A stretch of 64,000 nt of DNA, taken from a virus. Its lineage: Duplodnaviria > Caudoviricetes. The stretch covers positions 192,001 to 256,000 of the IMG/VR virus record IMGVR_UViG_3300032280_000442; one strand, 5' to 3'. Made by a program: the position numbers and the translations under genes. Positions 47,449-57,611 of this stretch are shown in pieces (position 1 is the first letter of the stretch; each line of letters opens with the position of its first letter). The notes beneath the pieces are model-generated. The model had not been told where the DNA came from. It searched no databases and saw only the letters and a program-made list of their open reading frames with translations.

Positions 47449-48681
47449 CGGTCAAGAAAAGATTAGCGTACTTGTACTGCCATCTGACCGTACGGGCGTT
47501 GGTTAAATCAAGGTAAATTTAGGTCAGTTGACCCCCACGTATTCCTACAAAACCTGTATCCGGATGACTTCCACGTAGATATTGACTACGAACCACAGAT
47601 AAATAATGTCGAATATTGGAAAAAATATCAGATAGTTCACGCTCACAGAACAATTGGGCAAGATTATAATATCGCACCTCAATTAATTGAATGGTTAAAA
47701 TCAATTGGTATTATTGTTATTATTGACCTTGATGATTATTGGTTACCAACTAAGGAACATCCAATACATAATATTATTGTTAAACATAAAATTGATGAGA
47801 AAATTAAGGCAAACTTAAAAGTTGCGTCATATGTAACAACCACTACGGATATTTTTGCAAATGAAATTAAAAAATTAAACAAAAATGTTATTGTATTTCC
47901 AAACGCAATTAATCCAAAAGAATTACAATTTAATCAACCAACACCTCCATCAGATAAAATTAGAGTAGGATGGTTAGGTGGTTCATCTCATTTACACGAC
48001 TTAGAATTACTTGGCGGGTTTGTACAAAAAAATCAAGATATTAACGATAAATTACAATACGTTATTTGTGGGTTCGATACAAGAGGGACTGTTACGGAAA
48101 TTAACCCACAAACAGGAGAAGAAAAACAAAGAGATATTTTACCTCACGAAACAGTGTGGGCTCGTTATGAAGAGATTTTTACCACTAACTATAAGACAAT
48201 CGATGATGACTATAAAAAGTTTTTATTAGAGTTTAAAGAAGGTGAATACAATTCAGGAAATAATTTACCATATGTTCGAGTTTGGACTAAACCTGTTACT
48301 ACTTATGCTATGAATTATTCAAAATTTGATATATCTTTGGCACCAATTAAAAACCATATTTTTAATGTAATGAAATCTCAGTTAAAAGTGATTGAAGCTG
48401 GATTTTATAAAAAAGCGTTAATTGCGTCTGAGATTGGTCCTTATACAATTGATTTAGTTCATTGTTTAAAAAATGGTGAGTTTAATGAAGAAGGTAACGC
48501 TATTCTAATTCCTGAAAATAGAAATCATAGTGATTGGGCTAAATCGATTAAGAAATTGGTTCAAAATCCTGAAATGATTAAAGTATTGGGTGAGAGATTA
48601 TATAATACCGTTAAGGATAAATACGATTTAAATATTGTAACAAAAAATAGAGCAGAATTTTACAAATCTTTAATAAAATAA
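47420..48681 (+). CDS. GT-B (GT4-like) glycosyltransferase interrupted by an 11-nt insert; predicted 416 aa if 47504-47514 is bypassed
   Basis: 47420-47503 encodes MSQNSLQRPNGQEKISVLVLPSDRTGVG then TAA; a second frame is open 47515-48681 (KFRSVDPH...DLDDYW...GWLGGSSHLHDL...FDISLAP...KSQLKVIEAG) with no ATG/GTG/TTG for 213 codons. Confidence 0.8.
47438..47514 (+). other. Candidate ribosomal bypass element: GC-rich hairpin + take-off GGT + TAA + landing GGT
   Basis: CAACGCCC (47438-45) pairs with GGGCGTTG (47494-501); ACGGTCA (47448-54) pairs with TGACCGT (47485-91); GGT 47501-03, TAA 47504-06, GGT 47512-14. Confidence 0.6.
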
Positions 48682-48683
48682 AA

Positions 48684-49385
48684 ATGATAAAAATACCTTT
48701 AAGTAAAATATTGTTTCTTGATATTGAAACAGTAGGTGGTTGTAAAAATTATACCGAGTGTCAAGTTAGTAATCCAAATGTTGCAAAACAATTTGAGAAA
48801 TATTTCGATTGGTTCCAAAAAAGATTTCCGGAAGATGCCGGTTTTTCTACCGATAAGGTTTTTGAAAAAAGAGCTGCATTAGTTCCGGAGTTTGCAAAAA
48901 TTGTTTGTGTTAGTGTCGCATTTGTTATGGACAACGGTGATATTAAAAAACAATCATTTTCAGGTGACGATGAAAAATCATTATTAAAAGAATGTCAATC
49001 ATTACTTAATCGTTGTGGTAAATTAGATTTTTATCTATGTGGTCACAATCTTAAGAATTTTGATATTCCAATGTTGGCAAAAAGAATGATTATAAATGGA
49101 TTAATGCCCCCATCAATCTTACCGTCATATGATACTAAGCCGTGGGAGATTAAAGCTATTGATACCAAAGAAATTTGGCAGTACGGAGCCTACACAGCAA
49201 TTGGGTCATTAGACCTAATGTGTTCTTGTATGGATGTCCCTTCACCAAAGGAAGGTGATGTTACCGGAGATAAAGTTCACGACGCATATTGGAATAAAAA
49301 TATGTTACCTGAAATCACAGCTTATTGCGAACGTGATGTATTGGTATTGATTGACGTAATAAAAAAATTAAAAGAATTAGAATAA
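48684..49385 (+). CDS. Stand-alone DnaQ-like 3'-5' exonuclease (PolB-exo type)
   Basis: LFLDIETV, GHNLKNFDIP, YCERDV. Confidence 0.85.
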   Translation: MIKIPLSKILFLDIETVGGCKNYTECQVSNPNVAKQFEKYFDWFQKRFPEDAGFSTDKVFEKRAALVPEFAKIVCVSVAFVMDNGDIKKQSFSGDDEKSLLKECQSLLNRCGKLDFYLCGHNLKNFDIPMLAKRMIINGLMPPSILPSYDTKPWEIKAIDTKEIWQYGAYTAIGSLDLMCSCMDVPSPKEGDVTGDKVHDAYWNKNMLPEITAYCERDVLVLIDVIKKLKELE

Positions 49386-49987
49386 TGGATAATTTTGACG
49401 AATTAGCAAAATTAAGAGATAGATTGCTTAATTTACAAGAAACTTTTTCATCTGAAACTGGTGAGATAAATTATGATGACATTTTAAATGAAATGGATGT
49501 TGATTTAAAACAAATTGAAGAAAATATTGTTGAAAATAACACTAAATTAGATTTACCTTATCAAATACTTCATCCGGACACAATCCATCCAAAATACAAT
49601 TACGATAGTGACTCAGGATTTGATTTACATTCAACAGAAGAGGTTACTATACCCCCATTTGGTAGAGCATTAGTTCCAAGTGGGTTAGCCTTTGATATTA
49701 GAGATGGTTTTGAAATTCAAGTAAGAACAAAAAGTGGTTTAGCTATCAATCAAGGTCTTATGGTTTTAAACTCACCGGGAACCGTAGATAATGGATACAC
49801 AGGAGAAGTTAAAGGAATTATATTCAACACAAACCCTACTGAGGTGACAATCCCAAAAGGTATGAAATTTGGTCAAGCAGTTTTATGTCCTGTTGTAAAT
49901 GGTGCTTGGGTTGATTTAAATCAAGTTGCAAAAATAAATAAAAAAGAACGAGGAGCTAACGGATTTGGTTCTACAGGTATATTATGA
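49385..49987 (+). CDS. dut: Trimeric dUTPase with N-terminal extension
   Basis: SGFDL, RTKSGLA, NSPGTVDNGYTGE, GQAV, RGANGFGSTG. Confidence 0.92.
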   Translation: MDNFDELAKLRDRLLNLQETFSSETGEINYDDILNEMDVDLKQIEENIVENNTKLDLPYQILHPDTIHPKYNYDSDSGFDLHSTEEVTIPPFGRALVPSGLAFDIRDGFEIQVRTKSGLAINQGLMVLNSPGTVDNGYTGEVKGIIFNTNPTEVTIPKGMKFGQAVLCPVVNGAWVDLNQVAKINKKERGANGFGSTGIL

Positions 49988-51378
49988 TTACAATAGTTTA
50001 CTCAACACATAAAGACGAAACTTATAATAACAAATTTAAACAACATTTGTTACAAACTGTTGGTTTAAAAAATGTTCAAATTTTAGAATACACAAACTAC
50101 AATCAATATAGTTTAACTGAAGTTTATAATAAAGGTTTAAACGAATCGGTTAATGATATTGTTGTATTTTGTCATAACGACATTATTTTTGAAAAAGAAT
50201 ATTGGGGTAAACGAGTTTTAGAACATTTTGTTAAAAAACCTGAATATGGTATATTAGGTGTTGCCGGGACATCATATTACCCTAGTTCTGGAAGATGGTG
50301 GGACATACAGGGTGAGATGATTGGTCAAGTTTATCACCAACACGAAGGTAGAAAATGGTTATCTGAATATAATAAACCATTTGGTAATAAAGTAATTGAT
50401 TCTATCATTGTTGATGGACTTTTCTTTGCGGTTAAAAAAAGTAATTTAAAAACTAATTTTGACGAATCATTTACCGGATTTCATTTTTATGATACTTCAT
50501 TTTGTATGAGTAATCATTTATTAGGCGTTAAAATTGGGACAATTTCAAATGTTGCATTAACACATCTTTCTATTGGTATGACTAATAATCAATGGGAACA
50601 GAATCGATTATTATTTTTAGAAAAATACAAAGAAAGTTTACCTATTAAATTAGAATCAAAATACCCTATAAGTAAAATTAATCCAAAATTACCTTTGGTT
50701 TCTATAATAATACCAATTTATAATTATGGGGTTCAATTTGAAAAGGCGTTACAATCAGTATTTAACTCTACTTACAAAAACATAGAGATTGTTATTGTCG
50801 ATGATGGGTCTACAAACACTTATGTTAAATTAAAATTAGATAGTATTAAAGACCATCCAAATGTTAAAATTATTCATCAAGAAAATCAAGGACCTTCTTC
50901 TGCAAGAAATAATGGAATTAAAAATTCTAATGGTGATTTAATATTACCATTAGATGCCGATGATATGGTTCAACCTGACTATATCCAATTATGTGTTAAC
51001 ATATTGAAAAACAATAAAAATATAAGTCCGGTTTATTGTGATACTCATCATATTGGGCAAACTCAAGGTATTGAGGTAAGACCTGAATGGTCATTAGAAA
51101 GATTAAATAAAGGACCATTTATTGTTAATTGTTCTATGTTTCACAGAGAGGCATTTGATAAATGTGACGGATATGATGTCGAATTAAAAGGGTGGGAAGA
51201 TTATGATTTATGGCTTAGAATGGGGATTAACGGATATGTAGGTAAAAGAATACCTAAACCTTTATTTATATATTTTCATCACGAAATTGATGGAACGGTA
51301 TCTTCTGAAGCTAACGTTAATCAAATTGAATTACACCAAAAAATATTAAACAAAAACTATAGTAATGAAATTATTTGA
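49984..51378 (+). CDS. Two-domain GT2-family glycosyltransferase
   Basis: VFCHNDI...VDGLFFA...FHFYD; second domain VSIIIPIYN, VDDGS, GPSSARNNGI, LDADD, WEDYDLWLR. Confidence 0.85.
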   Translation: MITIVYSTHKDETYNNKFKQHLLQTVGLKNVQILEYTNYNQYSLTEVYNKGLNESVNDIVVFCHNDIIFEKEYWGKRVLEHFVKKPEYGILGVAGTSYYPSSGRWWDIQGEMIGQVYHQHEGRKWLSEYNKPFGNKVIDSIIVDGLFFAVKKSNLKTNFDESFTGFHFYDTSFCMSNHLLGVKIGTISNVALTHLSIGMTNNQWEQNRLLFLEKYKESLPIKLESKYPISKINPKLPLVSIIIPIYNYGVQFEKALQSVFNSTYKNIEIVIVDDGSTNTYVKLKLDSIKDHPNVKIIHQENQGPSSARNNGIKNSNGDLILPLDADDMVQPDYIQLCVNILKNNKNISPVYCDTHHIGQTQGIEVRPEWSLERLNKGPFIVNCSMFHREAFDKCDGYDVELKGWEDYDLWLRMGINGYVGKRIPKPLFIYFHHEIDGTVSSEANVNQIELHQKILNKNYSNEII

Positions 51379-51994
51379 AAAATTTGACAAAGTATATTGT
51401 ATTAATTTAGACCGAAGACCGGATAGATTAGAAAATTTTACTAAAGAAGTCGAGAAACATAACTTAGGTGAATTTGAAAGATTTTCAGCATATGACGGTA
51501 AACAATTAAATTTAACTAATGAACATAATTTAAAACCAGGTGAGATTGGTGTAATAAAATCTAATTTAGATATTATTAAAAACGCAAAGAAAAATAATTA
51601 TAAGACCATTTTAATTATTGAGGACGATTGTGTGTTCAATGATGAGATTGTTAATTTTGAAGATTATTTTAATCAACTACCTAATGATTGGGATATGATA
51701 TATATGGGAGGTAATCACAATACTCATATGGGAGTTAATCCTCCTCAACAAATTAACGATAAAGTTGTAAAATTACACTCAACATACTCAGCACATTTTA
51801 TTGGGATTAAATCGTCTGTATTTGACCACATAGAAGTTTTATTAGAAAGAGGTCAACAACCGTTAGACGTTGAATACGTTAAATTACAAAAAATATTTAA
51901 TTGTTATTCTTTTACTCCAGCATTAACAAGTCAATTAGTTAATTTTTCAGATATTCAGGAATCAACAACAGATTATAACTGGTTAATAAAATAA
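51365..51994 (+). CDS. GT25-family glycosyltransferase
   Basis: YCINLDRRPDR, ERFSAYDG, GEIG, LIIEDD, WDMIYMG. Confidence 0.85.
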   Translation: MKLFEKFDKVYCINLDRRPDRLENFTKEVEKHNLGEFERFSAYDGKQLNLTNEHNLKPGEIGVIKSNLDIIKNAKKNNYKTILIIEDDCVFNDEIVNFEDYFNQLPNDWDMIYMGGNHNTHMGVNPPQQINDKVVKLHSTYSAHFIGIKSSVFDHIEVLLERGQQPLDVEYVKLQKIFNCYSFTPALTSQLVNFSDIQESTTDYNWLIK

Positions 51995-51995
51995 T

Positions 51996-52814
51996 ATGTC
52001 AGAAATAATATCAACAGCTTATTTAATGGGGGGACTTGGGAATCAAATGTTCCAAATGTCTCACGCATTATGTCAAGGTTGGAAAAATAATATCCCGACT
52101 AAATTTAGACCGTCATCGTATACTCCGATGCAAGCCAATCAACCAACAAAATATTTAGACAATATTTTCAGAAATGTTGAATTTACTAATGATATACCTG
52201 AGACAATACGAATTGAGTCAGGTTGGGGATATACACCACTTAATCCTTCTTGGTATACGTCTATAGAATTTTTTGGTTATTTTCAGAGTAATAAAAACTT
52301 TTTAGGTTATGATGAAAAAATAAAAGAATTATTCCAACCAACAGAGGAGTTCATCAATAAAGTAAAATCATTATATCCAGAAATTAATAATGATGGAACG
52401 TTATCTGTACACATTAGAAGAGGTGATTACACAACAATAAGTCACGTTCTTCCTGTTATAGATAAAACATATATCGATGAAGCAATCAGACAAAATGGTG
52501 ATTACTCAACGTTATTTATTTTTTCAGATGACGTTGATTGGATAAAACAAAATCTATCATATCCAAATCAAATTATTGTTACTGAATTAGAAGATTATGA
52601 AGAACTATGGCTTATGTCGTTATGTAAAAATAACATAATGTCAAACTCAACATTTTCTTGGTGGGGAGCGTTTTTAAATAATAACATAAATAAAAAAGTA
52701 TACACTCCAAGCCTTTGGTTTGGGCCTGCCGGAGAATATAATTTCCAAGACATATATTTAGATTCTTGGACAAAAATAAACGTAACCTATTCCGAAGGAA
52801 AATTAATTTTTTAA
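51996..52814 (+). CDS. GT11 alpha-1,2-fucosyl/colitosyltransferase
   Basis: GGLGNQMFQ, GYFQS, HIRRGDY, FSDD, NSTFSWWGA. Confidence 0.9.
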   Translation: MSEIISTAYLMGGLGNQMFQMSHALCQGWKNNIPTKFRPSSYTPMQANQPTKYLDNIFRNVEFTNDIPETIRIESGWGYTPLNPSWYTSIEFFGYFQSNKNFLGYDEKIKELFQPTEEFINKVKSLYPEINNDGTLSVHIRRGDYTTISHVLPVIDKTYIDEAIRQNGDYSTLFIFSDDVDWIKQNLSYPNQIIVTELEDYEELWLMSLCKNNIMSNSTFSWWGAFLNNNINKKVYTPSLWFGPAGEYNFQDIYLDSWTKINVTYSEGKLIF

Positions 52815-52817
52815 AAT

Positions 52818-53582
52818 ATGAATTATTTACAAGGACAAAAATTTAGAGAAATATACGATAACAATAAAATTTACTATTGTGATACACACGATGTAAATTC
52901 ATTTTTTGATAATATTAATTTTACACACGATTTTGTGTTGGTATCACACAACAGTGATGGTAATATAACAGATAACCCTATTAGACATTATGACGCTGAT
53001 GTTAAAAAAATCCCTAAAAATTTAAAAAAATGGTTTGGACAAAATCTTAATTACGAATCAGAGATTATTGAGTCATTACCTATTGGTTTAGAAAATTCAC
53101 AATGGTTTCCGGAAACAAGAAAAATTGAGAAGTTATTTAACATTAATTCAACACCAAAAAATATTAAAAATTTGGTTTATTTAAATTTAAACATATTAAA
53201 TAATCCGGGTGTTAGACAACCAATTTATGATATGTTAAACGATAAACCATATGTCACAACACAATATGGTAGAAATGGTTTGGGTTATGATGAATATCTT
53301 GATAACGTATACAACCATAAGTTTATGATTTGTCCTGAAGGTAATGGGATTGATGTCCACCAGCCTTGGGAATCTTTATACGTTAACACAATTCCAATTC
53401 AAAAGAAAAATATTAATAACAGTAATTGGAGGGAATTACCAATTTGTTGGTTAGATGATTGGGAACAATTAACTGATGAAAATTTTTTAATATCAGAATA
53501 TAAAAGAATATCTGAAACAAAATTTGATTTATCTAAATTAGATTTTGATTATTGGAAGAATAAAATACAAAATTCCATATGA
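52818..53582 (+). CDS. Exostosin/GT47-like glycosyltransferase
   Basis: LPIGLEN, KFMICPEGNGIDVHQPWESLY. Confidence 0.6.
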   Translation: MNYLQGQKFREIYDNNKIYYCDTHDVNSFFDNINFTHDFVLVSHNSDGNITDNPIRHYDADVKKIPKNLKKWFGQNLNYESEIIESLPIGLENSQWFPETRKIEKLFNINSTPKNIKNLVYLNLNILNNPGVRQPIYDMLNDKPYVTTQYGRNGLGYDEYLDNVYNHKFMICPEGNGIDVHQPWESLYVNTIPIQKKNINNSNWRELPICWLDDWEQLTDENFLISEYKRISETKFDLSKLDFDYWKNKIQNSI

Positions 53583-54628
53583 AAATAATAGTAATTGGTG
53601 CCGGTATTTTTGGTATTACAACGGCACTAACATTATCCGAAAATGGGTATGATGTGACATTAGTAGAATGTGAAAATGATATAATGACTAAAGCCAGTAA
53701 ATGTAACCACAATAGATTACATTTTGGGTTTCATTATCCAAGAAGTATTAAAACTGCAAAACAAAGTTTAGACGGATATGATTTATTTTATAATAATTTT
53801 TCAAATTCAGTATTAACTAATTTTCCAAATTATTATTTAATTGAGAAAAATGGTAAAATATCCGGTGATGAGTTTAAACTATTTTGCGATGAATTAGACA
53901 TATATTACAAAGAATCATCTCCCAATAATATTGAAGTGGATATGAGTAATATTACTTTATCAACAATAACTAATGAACCAATATTTGATTTTGAATCTAT
54001 TAAAATCGATTTATCAGAAAGATTAAAAAATTCAAAAGTTAGTCTAATTTTAAATAAAACAATAACGTCTGTTTCAGACTTATCCGGGTTTGATGTCGTT
54101 ATTAATACAACATATCGTAATATTAATAAAATTAATGAGTTGTTCAATATCGAACCCATAAAGTTAAAATTACAAGATGTTATTGTCCCAATATTTAAAA
54201 TGAATTCTGATAAGATTGGTTTAACAATTATGGATGGTGAGTATTGTACTATTATGCCAAAAGGGTTTGAAACGAATACTTTTTTATTATACCACGTAAA
54301 ACACTCGGTTCTTAAACAAATTGAGGATTATGTGATTCCAAATAATTGGGTTAATAATGACCCGGAGTATATTAATAACAAAATAAATGAAATATACGAA
54401 TCTTCAAAAACTTACTACCCATTCTTAAAAGATTGTGAGAAAATATCATATTGGAGAACAGTTAGAGCATTACCAATTAATGATGACGATGAACGTTTAA
54501 GTACGTTAACTCTTAATAACGTTGGTGATAAAAAAATAATAACATTATTGTCAGGTAAAATAACAACTTGTTGGTTAATGTCTGAAAAAATATTAAAAAT
54601 ATTAAATGAAAACACTACTAATAGGTAA
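53579..54628 (+). CDS. FAD-dependent oxidoreductase
   Basis: IGAGIFG, ASKCNHNRLHFGFHYPRS, SGKIT. Confidence 0.8.
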   Translation: MKIIVIGAGIFGITTALTLSENGYDVTLVECENDIMTKASKCNHNRLHFGFHYPRSIKTAKQSLDGYDLFYNNFSNSVLTNFPNYYLIEKNGKISGDEFKLFCDELDIYYKESSPNNIEVDMSNITLSTITNEPIFDFESIKIDLSERLKNSKVSLILNKTITSVSDLSGFDVVINTTYRNINKINELFNIEPIKLKLQDVIVPIFKMNSDKIGLTIMDGEYCTIMPKGFETNTFLLYHVKHSVLKQIEDYVIPNNWVNNDPEYINNKINEIYESSKTYYPFLKDCEKISYWRTVRALPINDDDERLSTLTLNNVGDKKIITLLSGKITTCWLMSEKILKILNENTTNR

Positions 54629-55373
54629 CGGATACTGGGGGTCGATAGTGCAGTCTAAATTAATAACTCAAACTGATTTACTCTACGTTGCAAACTCTAA
54701 AGATAATATTGACGATATTTTAAATAAGTTTGATGTTGATTATGTTTTTGTTTGCACCCCAACTGACACACACTACGATATTGTTAAAAAATGTCTTAAT
54801 CACCATAAAAACGTTTTTTGCGAAAAACCTTTTACCGGTGATTTCGATAAAGCAAAAGAATTATATGAAATATCTGAAAAAAATAATGTAAACATTTTTG
54901 TTGATAATATTTTTCTATATCGATATGAATTTATTAATATACAAAACACCGCATTCAGTAATATTAAATTTATATGGAATAAATACGAAAATATATTTAA
55001 CGAAAACTTATTAAACAGATTACTTTACCACGACTTATATTTATTATTGAATTTATCAAATAACGGGTGGAACATTAAATCGTGTAATATTTTTGATGAC
55101 AGATTATCATTATCGTTAATTAACAACGATTTAACTTCCGAATTTAATTATAATAGAAGTTGTAAAGATAAAAAAGAAAAAATATTAATTTTAGATAATC
55201 ACATCGTAGATTTTTCAGAACCGTTAAATGACCCATTATCAGAAATAATTAATAATTTACAAAATAATAAGATTAACCTTGAGGTTAATAAAAATATAAC
55301 CCTAAACACAATTAAACTTTTAAACAAAATACAAAATGAATGCTTACTACACACATCAAGACACATTAAATAA
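54606..55373 (+). CDS. Gfo/Idh/MocA-family oxidoreductase
   Basis: IGNGYWG, VCTPTDTH, VFCEKP, YHD. Confidence 0.8.
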   Translation: MKTLLIGNGYWGSIVQSKLITQTDLLYVANSKDNIDDILNKFDVDYVFVCTPTDTHYDIVKKCLNHHKNVFCEKPFTGDFDKAKELYEISEKNNVNIFVDNIFLYRYEFINIQNTAFSNIKFIWNKYENIFNENLLNRLLYHDLYLLLNLSNNGWNIKSCNIFDDRLSLSLINNDLTSEFNYNRSCKDKKEKILILDNHIVDFSEPLNDPLSEIINNLQNNKINLEVNKNITLNTIKLLNKIQNECLLHTSRHIK

Positions 55374-55875
55374 AATTTTAGAATCTTTCGATTATTCAAC
55401 ACCAATTCACTGCCTTGAATTTGGTTCAGGTGATGGTAGTTCTTCTGTTTTTCATACTTTTGCACAATCTAACCCAAATTTAACTGTGGATTGTTTTGAA
55501 CACGAGGAAAGTTGGTTAAATAGTATGTCAGAAAAATATAAATTAAACAATTATAATTTTAATGTAGTCGATTGGTCAACAATGAATTATGATGATTTAA
55601 AAATTAAAAATTATGATTTAATTTTTGTGGACCAGGGAGATTGGGATGCCAGATTAGTTACGATAGACAAAATGAAAAATAATGCTAAGTATATTATATT
55701 ACACGACTATTGTTATTATAATGGTTTTGGTCCCGGAATGGTACATTCGCCAGATATGGATTTTAATAACGTTGGTGAAGGTTCTTTTTTCCATAAATAT
55801 AGTGTTGATTTTGAAGTTACCGGTGTAACCGAATTATTCCCACCAACATTAATTTTAAAATCTAAAAATTTATAA
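55336..55875 (+). CDS. Class I SAM-dependent methyltransferase-like protein
   Basis: LEFGSGDGSS, YDLIFVD, IILHD. Confidence 0.7.
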   Translation: MNAYYTHQDTLNKILESFDYSTPIHCLEFGSGDGSSSVFHTFAQSNPNLTVDCFEHEESWLNSMSEKYKLNNYNFNVVDWSTMNYDDLKIKNYDLIFVDQGDWDARLVTIDKMKNNAKYIILHDYCYYNGFGPGMVHSPDMDFNNVGEGSFFHKYSVDFEVTGVTELFPPTLILKSKNL

Positions 55876-56687
55876 TGATATCGGTTTATTTAAATGGCCG
55901 GTTAGGCAATAACTTATTTCAATACGCTTTTTGTAGAATATCGTCAATTAAAAAAAATTGTAATTTTTACATACCAAAAAATCGAGAAGAATCAATTTCT
56001 TTTTATGGTTATTGTTCACAAAAAACATCTCAATATTTAGAGATGTCTTGTGAATCAAACCCACATTATTGGACCGGTGAAAAATTATTTACCATCGATT
56101 ATGGAATCAATGACGGACATATATATAAATCAATTGGTAACACAAATGTTGAAAACGTTACAGATGGAACATTATTAGTAGATTTTTATCAATCAGATTC
56201 ATATCTGTTAGAATATCGAGACATTATCTTGAATGATTGGTATAAATTTAATGAAAGTATTGTTGAAGAATCTAAAGAATTACTTAATAGGTACAATGTT
56301 GATGAATATTGTTATATACATTTAAGAGGTACGGATTACAAAACTATTCCACAATATTTTTTACCCATTAATTATTATTTGAAAGCAATCGACCATATAA
56401 AAGAATTGAACCCAAATATTAAATTTTTAGTTATAACCGATGATGTTGATGAGGGTAAAAAAATGTTCCCCGAATTTGAGGTTTTAAGTAACTCAACAGA
56501 AATTGATTTTTATTTAATTTCACAATCTAAATACAAGATAATTCCAAACTCATCTTTTTCTTGGTGGGCATCTTGGTTATCACAAAATAATAAAATAACA
56601 ATAGCGCCAAATAATTGGTTCAACTATAATAGTGGTGACACATTCTCACCACCCGGAATAAAAACATCTTTTTTTACTTATATTTAA
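55875..56687 (+). CDS. Second GT11 fucosyl/colitosyltransferase
   Basis: GRLGNNLFQ, HLRGTDY, ITDD, NSSFSWWASW. Confidence 0.85.
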   Translation: MISVYLNGRLGNNLFQYAFCRISSIKKNCNFYIPKNREESISFYGYCSQKTSQYLEMSCESNPHYWTGEKLFTIDYGINDGHIYKSIGNTNVENVTDGTLLVDFYQSDSYLLEYRDIILNDWYKFNESIVEESKELLNRYNVDEYCYIHLRGTDYKTIPQYFLPINYYLKAIDHIKELNPNIKFLVITDDVDEGKKMFPEFEVLSNSTEIDFYLISQSKYKIIPNSSFSWWASWLSQNNKITIAPNNWFNYNSGDTFSPPGIKTSFFTYI

Positions 56688-56688
56688 T

Positions 56689-57600
56689 ATGTTAATACTT
56701 ACACACATTGGACTTCAACTACCTGAGTATTTGAATACGTTTTTAACACAAGTTAGAAAATTTAATAATAACTATGATATCGTTTTTTTGGTTAACCAAG
56801 TTAATTGTGAAAACGAAATATTCAAAACACATAATGTTAAAACTTACCCAATTGAGGAATTAATTACCGATAGGGTTAATAATTTTATTAATAATTTTGG
56901 TTATGGTAACATTAATACTGTACACCAAAATATTCTTTATGGTGCCCCTGATTATTGGTGTGTTACCGCAGCAAGGTTGTTTTTTATTTATGAATATTGT
57001 TTAAGGAGCAATGTTAGTAAATTTTTTCATTTTGAAAATGACATTATGTTATACGAAAATTTAAATACTATTGAAAATTTAATTGTTAAAAATAGTTTGT
57101 ATCATAATCAAATTTCTATAACAAGAGGTACTAACAATAAAATTATGACCGGATTTATGTATGTGGATACTTTAGAATCTTTTAATCATTTATTGACTGA
57201 AATAAATCACTACTTAGAATCTAAATTAGATTTATTTTCGTTTGGTATCGACCATTTAAATGAAATGGGATTACTTCACATATATCAAGTAAACAACCCC
57301 GATAAATTAATTAATTTACCAATAGCCCCAAATAATAATTTAACAACAGATTTTGAATTTTATCAGTCCGTTTTTGACCCGGCCACATATGGTCAATTTC
57401 TTGATGGAACACCAGGGTCTCCGGGTGTTAGTCTAATACCGGATAGTATCATTGGGACCGAATTTAGTTATTCAAATATACCAATAACATTTGAAGTTAT
57501 TGATAATTTAAGAATACCATTCGTGAGTTATAATAACAATAGATATAAAATAAATTCTTTACATATTCACTCAAAAAGATTAAACTTATTTCTAAGCTAA
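56689..57600 (+). CDS. Putative glycosyltransferase-like protein
   Basis: RLFFIY, HFENDIMLY, FDPATYGQFLDG, SLHIHSK; glycan locus context. Confidence 0.55.
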   Translation: MLILTHIGLQLPEYLNTFLTQVRKFNNNYDIVFLVNQVNCENEIFKTHNVKTYPIEELITDRVNNFINNFGYGNINTVHQNILYGAPDYWCVTAARLFFIYEYCLRSNVSKFFHFENDIMLYENLNTIENLIVKNSLYHNQISITRGTNNKIMTGFMYVDTLESFNHLLTEINHYLESKLDLFSFGIDHLNEMGLLHIYQVNNPDKLINLPIAPNNNLTTDFEFYQSVFDPATYGQFLDGTPGSPGVSLIPDSIIGTEFSYSNIPITFEVIDNLRIPFVSYNNNRYKINSLHIHSKRLNLFLS

Positions 57601-57611
57601 AATAAATTAAA

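Noticed and set aside
47488-47506. -1 frameshift as the rescue mechanism
   Set aside because: The -1 frame is open here, but there is no X_XXY_YYZ slippery heptamer and it would insert extra residues into the GVGKFR segment; less parsimonious than matched-codon bypass.
47504-47514. Group I intron (GGT|TAA resembles phage intron 5' ends, and an endonuclease is nearby)
   Set aside because: 11 nt cannot form a ribozyme core, the endonuclease lies outside the gene, and no U|...G| junction restores the frame. A degenerate intron remnant cannot be fully excluded.
48154-48681. 175-aa ORF starting at GTG as a stand-alone gene
   Set aside because: Its frame is open and protein-like from 47515; it is the C-terminal part of the interrupted glycosyltransferase.
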